DNA from: Utricularia gibba
Taxonomy: Eukaryota; Plantae; Magnoliophyta
DNA: 64,000 nucleotides
NCBI GenBank assembly: GCA_002189035.1
Contig: NEEC01000020.1
Location: 496,001 to 560,000 of the forward strand
Direction: 5' to 3'
Below are positions 62,493 through 64,000 of the stretch, one piece after another. Within the stretch, counting starts at the first letter, position 1; each line of letters begins with the position of its first letter. The notes beneath the pieces are model-generated. The model ran no database searches and was not told where the DNA came from. It was given only the letters and a program-made list of their open reading frames with translations. The position numbers and the translations under genes were made by a program.

Positions 62493-63985
62493 ATGGGAAA
62501 CAGTGGGGAAGAAGGAAAGAATGCCAAGAAGAATGATAAAACACCTCCACCTCCTGCTGTGAGCATATCTCCTACTTGTTATGTTTTATGATCTATGAAT
62601 ATTAGCTACTTGTCTTTGTGATCAAGATGACTTTGCTCTGCTGACTCTTTGTTTCAGACCGTGATGAATAACTGCCACGCTTATCCTGATTGGTCAACTG
62701 TTCAGGTGATCATCTTGCTACTCTGCCTCTGAAAAACTAGAGATGTCTTTGTGAATCATGCTTCGATATTCCTATCACTTTTAGGCGTTTTATGGTCCGT
62801 GCCTTGCAATGCCACCGTACTCAAACTCACCTGTAACCTCATCTCCTGCAACACCCCCTTATATGTGGGGTCCCTCACAGGTTTCGACGACATTTACGCA
62901 CTGTGAAATTCATGTAAACTGTGATAATGTATCATTGCTTAATTTGACAACATGGATCCCTTGTTTTTTCAGTCTATGATCGCTCATTATGGAGCTCCTT
63001 ACACTGCATTCTATGCTCCATTTGCACACCCTGGAGTTCCAGTGGTAACTTCCTCCAAGACATCAGCATCTTGAAAAAGGAATGCATTTTCCTCAATAGC
63101 TTATCATACAATTGTGTGTTTGTTTGCAGGCTGGGGGTGCTGCTCCTACCATGGAATCACCAGCCAAGTCAGCTGGGAATTCAGGTGAAAGAGTTCTGAA
63201 GAAGCATAAAGAGATCGACGGCCTTGCGATTTCGATAGGAAATGGAAGTGTTGATGACAATGATCCTCCAACTGAGCATCAATCATCTGACAGGTTTATC
63301 TCCTTTAATCCTTGCTTGGGGTGGCTTCTGTGTAGCCACTTCCTCTTTGCTCTGCTGCTGATTCACACTCCGGCATCCACAGTGAAGCAACTGATGGTTC
63401 TAGCCATGGAAGCAATGGCGGTTTAGCCAGAGTAAGCGTCTCTTCTGTAGCATAATGTTCGTTTTCATAGAATTGTTGCATTACTGTACTTGCATTCTAC
63501 ACAGACCGCCAAAGGTCACAGGAAGAGGAGCCATCAAACTTCTCCCACTAAAGGTATGAAGCCATAGACTGTAAATTCTCCATTTCCATGGTTTCTTATT
63601 CTTCGAAACACCGATAGAACCGCCAGTTTGATCTTGTCCTATTTATGTTTCAGAGCATGCGAAAGCTCAGAAGGAAAATGTGTTTCCCTCTACTGAAGCC
63701 GGCCGAGCATTCGACGCGGTTCCTTCGAATGCAACTGGAGAAAAATCAGGGAATGTATCTACTCCTTTGGACTTCAAGAGTATGAAGCCAACTCCAGTTG
63801 ATGCTTTGCAGCCAAGTCCTTCTGAGACATGGCTACAGGTTTGTTCTTAAGTGATCTATCAGTTTGATTTCACAACTTCTGTGCCTGATGTTTGCATCAA
63901 ACTGTAGAATGAGCAAGAACTGAAGCGGGAGAGACGAAAGCAATCGAACCGAGAATCGGCACGCAGATCACGATTGCGGAAGCAG
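62493..63985 (+). CDS. GBF: Group G bZIP G-box-binding factor (GBF2/GBF3-like), first 9 coding exons; the 3' part continues beyond the window
   Basis: Exons: 62493-62558, 62658-62705, 62785-62880, 62973-63044, 63130-63293, 63383-63431, 63505-63553, 63654-63838, 63908-63985. It has a Pro-rich N-terminal region (YPDWSTVQAFYGP, PYMWGP, YGAPYTAFY, HPG), a DGLAISIGNG motif and the basic region ELKRERRKQSNRESARRSRLRKQ. A non-coding leader with an intron probably starts near 61440-61590. Confidence 0.93.
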
Positions 63986-64000
63986 GTAATGGATCCCATT

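Overview
This is a gene-dense window of plant (eudicot) nuclear DNA with mostly short introns. I reconstructed 18 protein-coding genes by hand, with exon-intron structures where they are spliced. In order they are: a mitochondrial P-class PPR protein, a small plastid-type protein, a GH28 polygalacturonase, a plastid type-A DnaJ (DJA7-like), a SAM-domain protein, an uncharacterised coiled-coil/EAR-motif protein, a plasma-membrane H+-ATPase, PLMT, a PMEI/invertase-inhibitor-family protein, CER3, TAF1B, a DUF167/YggU protein, a NOT2-like protein, an At1g01500-like protein, a type-1 ACC synthase, panB/KPHMT (carrying a -1 frameshift), a reticulon, and a G-box-binding bZIP cut off by the window end. 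There is also a frameshifted, truncated fragment of an EF-hand mitochondrial carrier gene. No rRNA, tRNA, CRISPR array or autonomous transposon can be supported. The most unusual structures are non-coding: (i) a 1.75-kb G-skewed higher-order repeat at 12.78-14.52 kb whose unit lengths step in ~22-bp increments; (ii) a ~96-bp tandem array carrying inverted telobox pairs directly upstream of the PMEI TATA-like element; (iii) a 49-63-bp minisatellite upstream of ACS; (iv) a ~220-bp triplication in a polygalacturonase intron; and (v) seven perfect G-boxes upstream of the G-box-binding factor gene. Three GC-AG introns are needed to build intact proteins. All homology statements, including Arabidopsis locus IDs, come from recalled sequences and motifs, not from database searches. 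Nothing here demonstrates a new biological system; the repeat arrays are the best leads.
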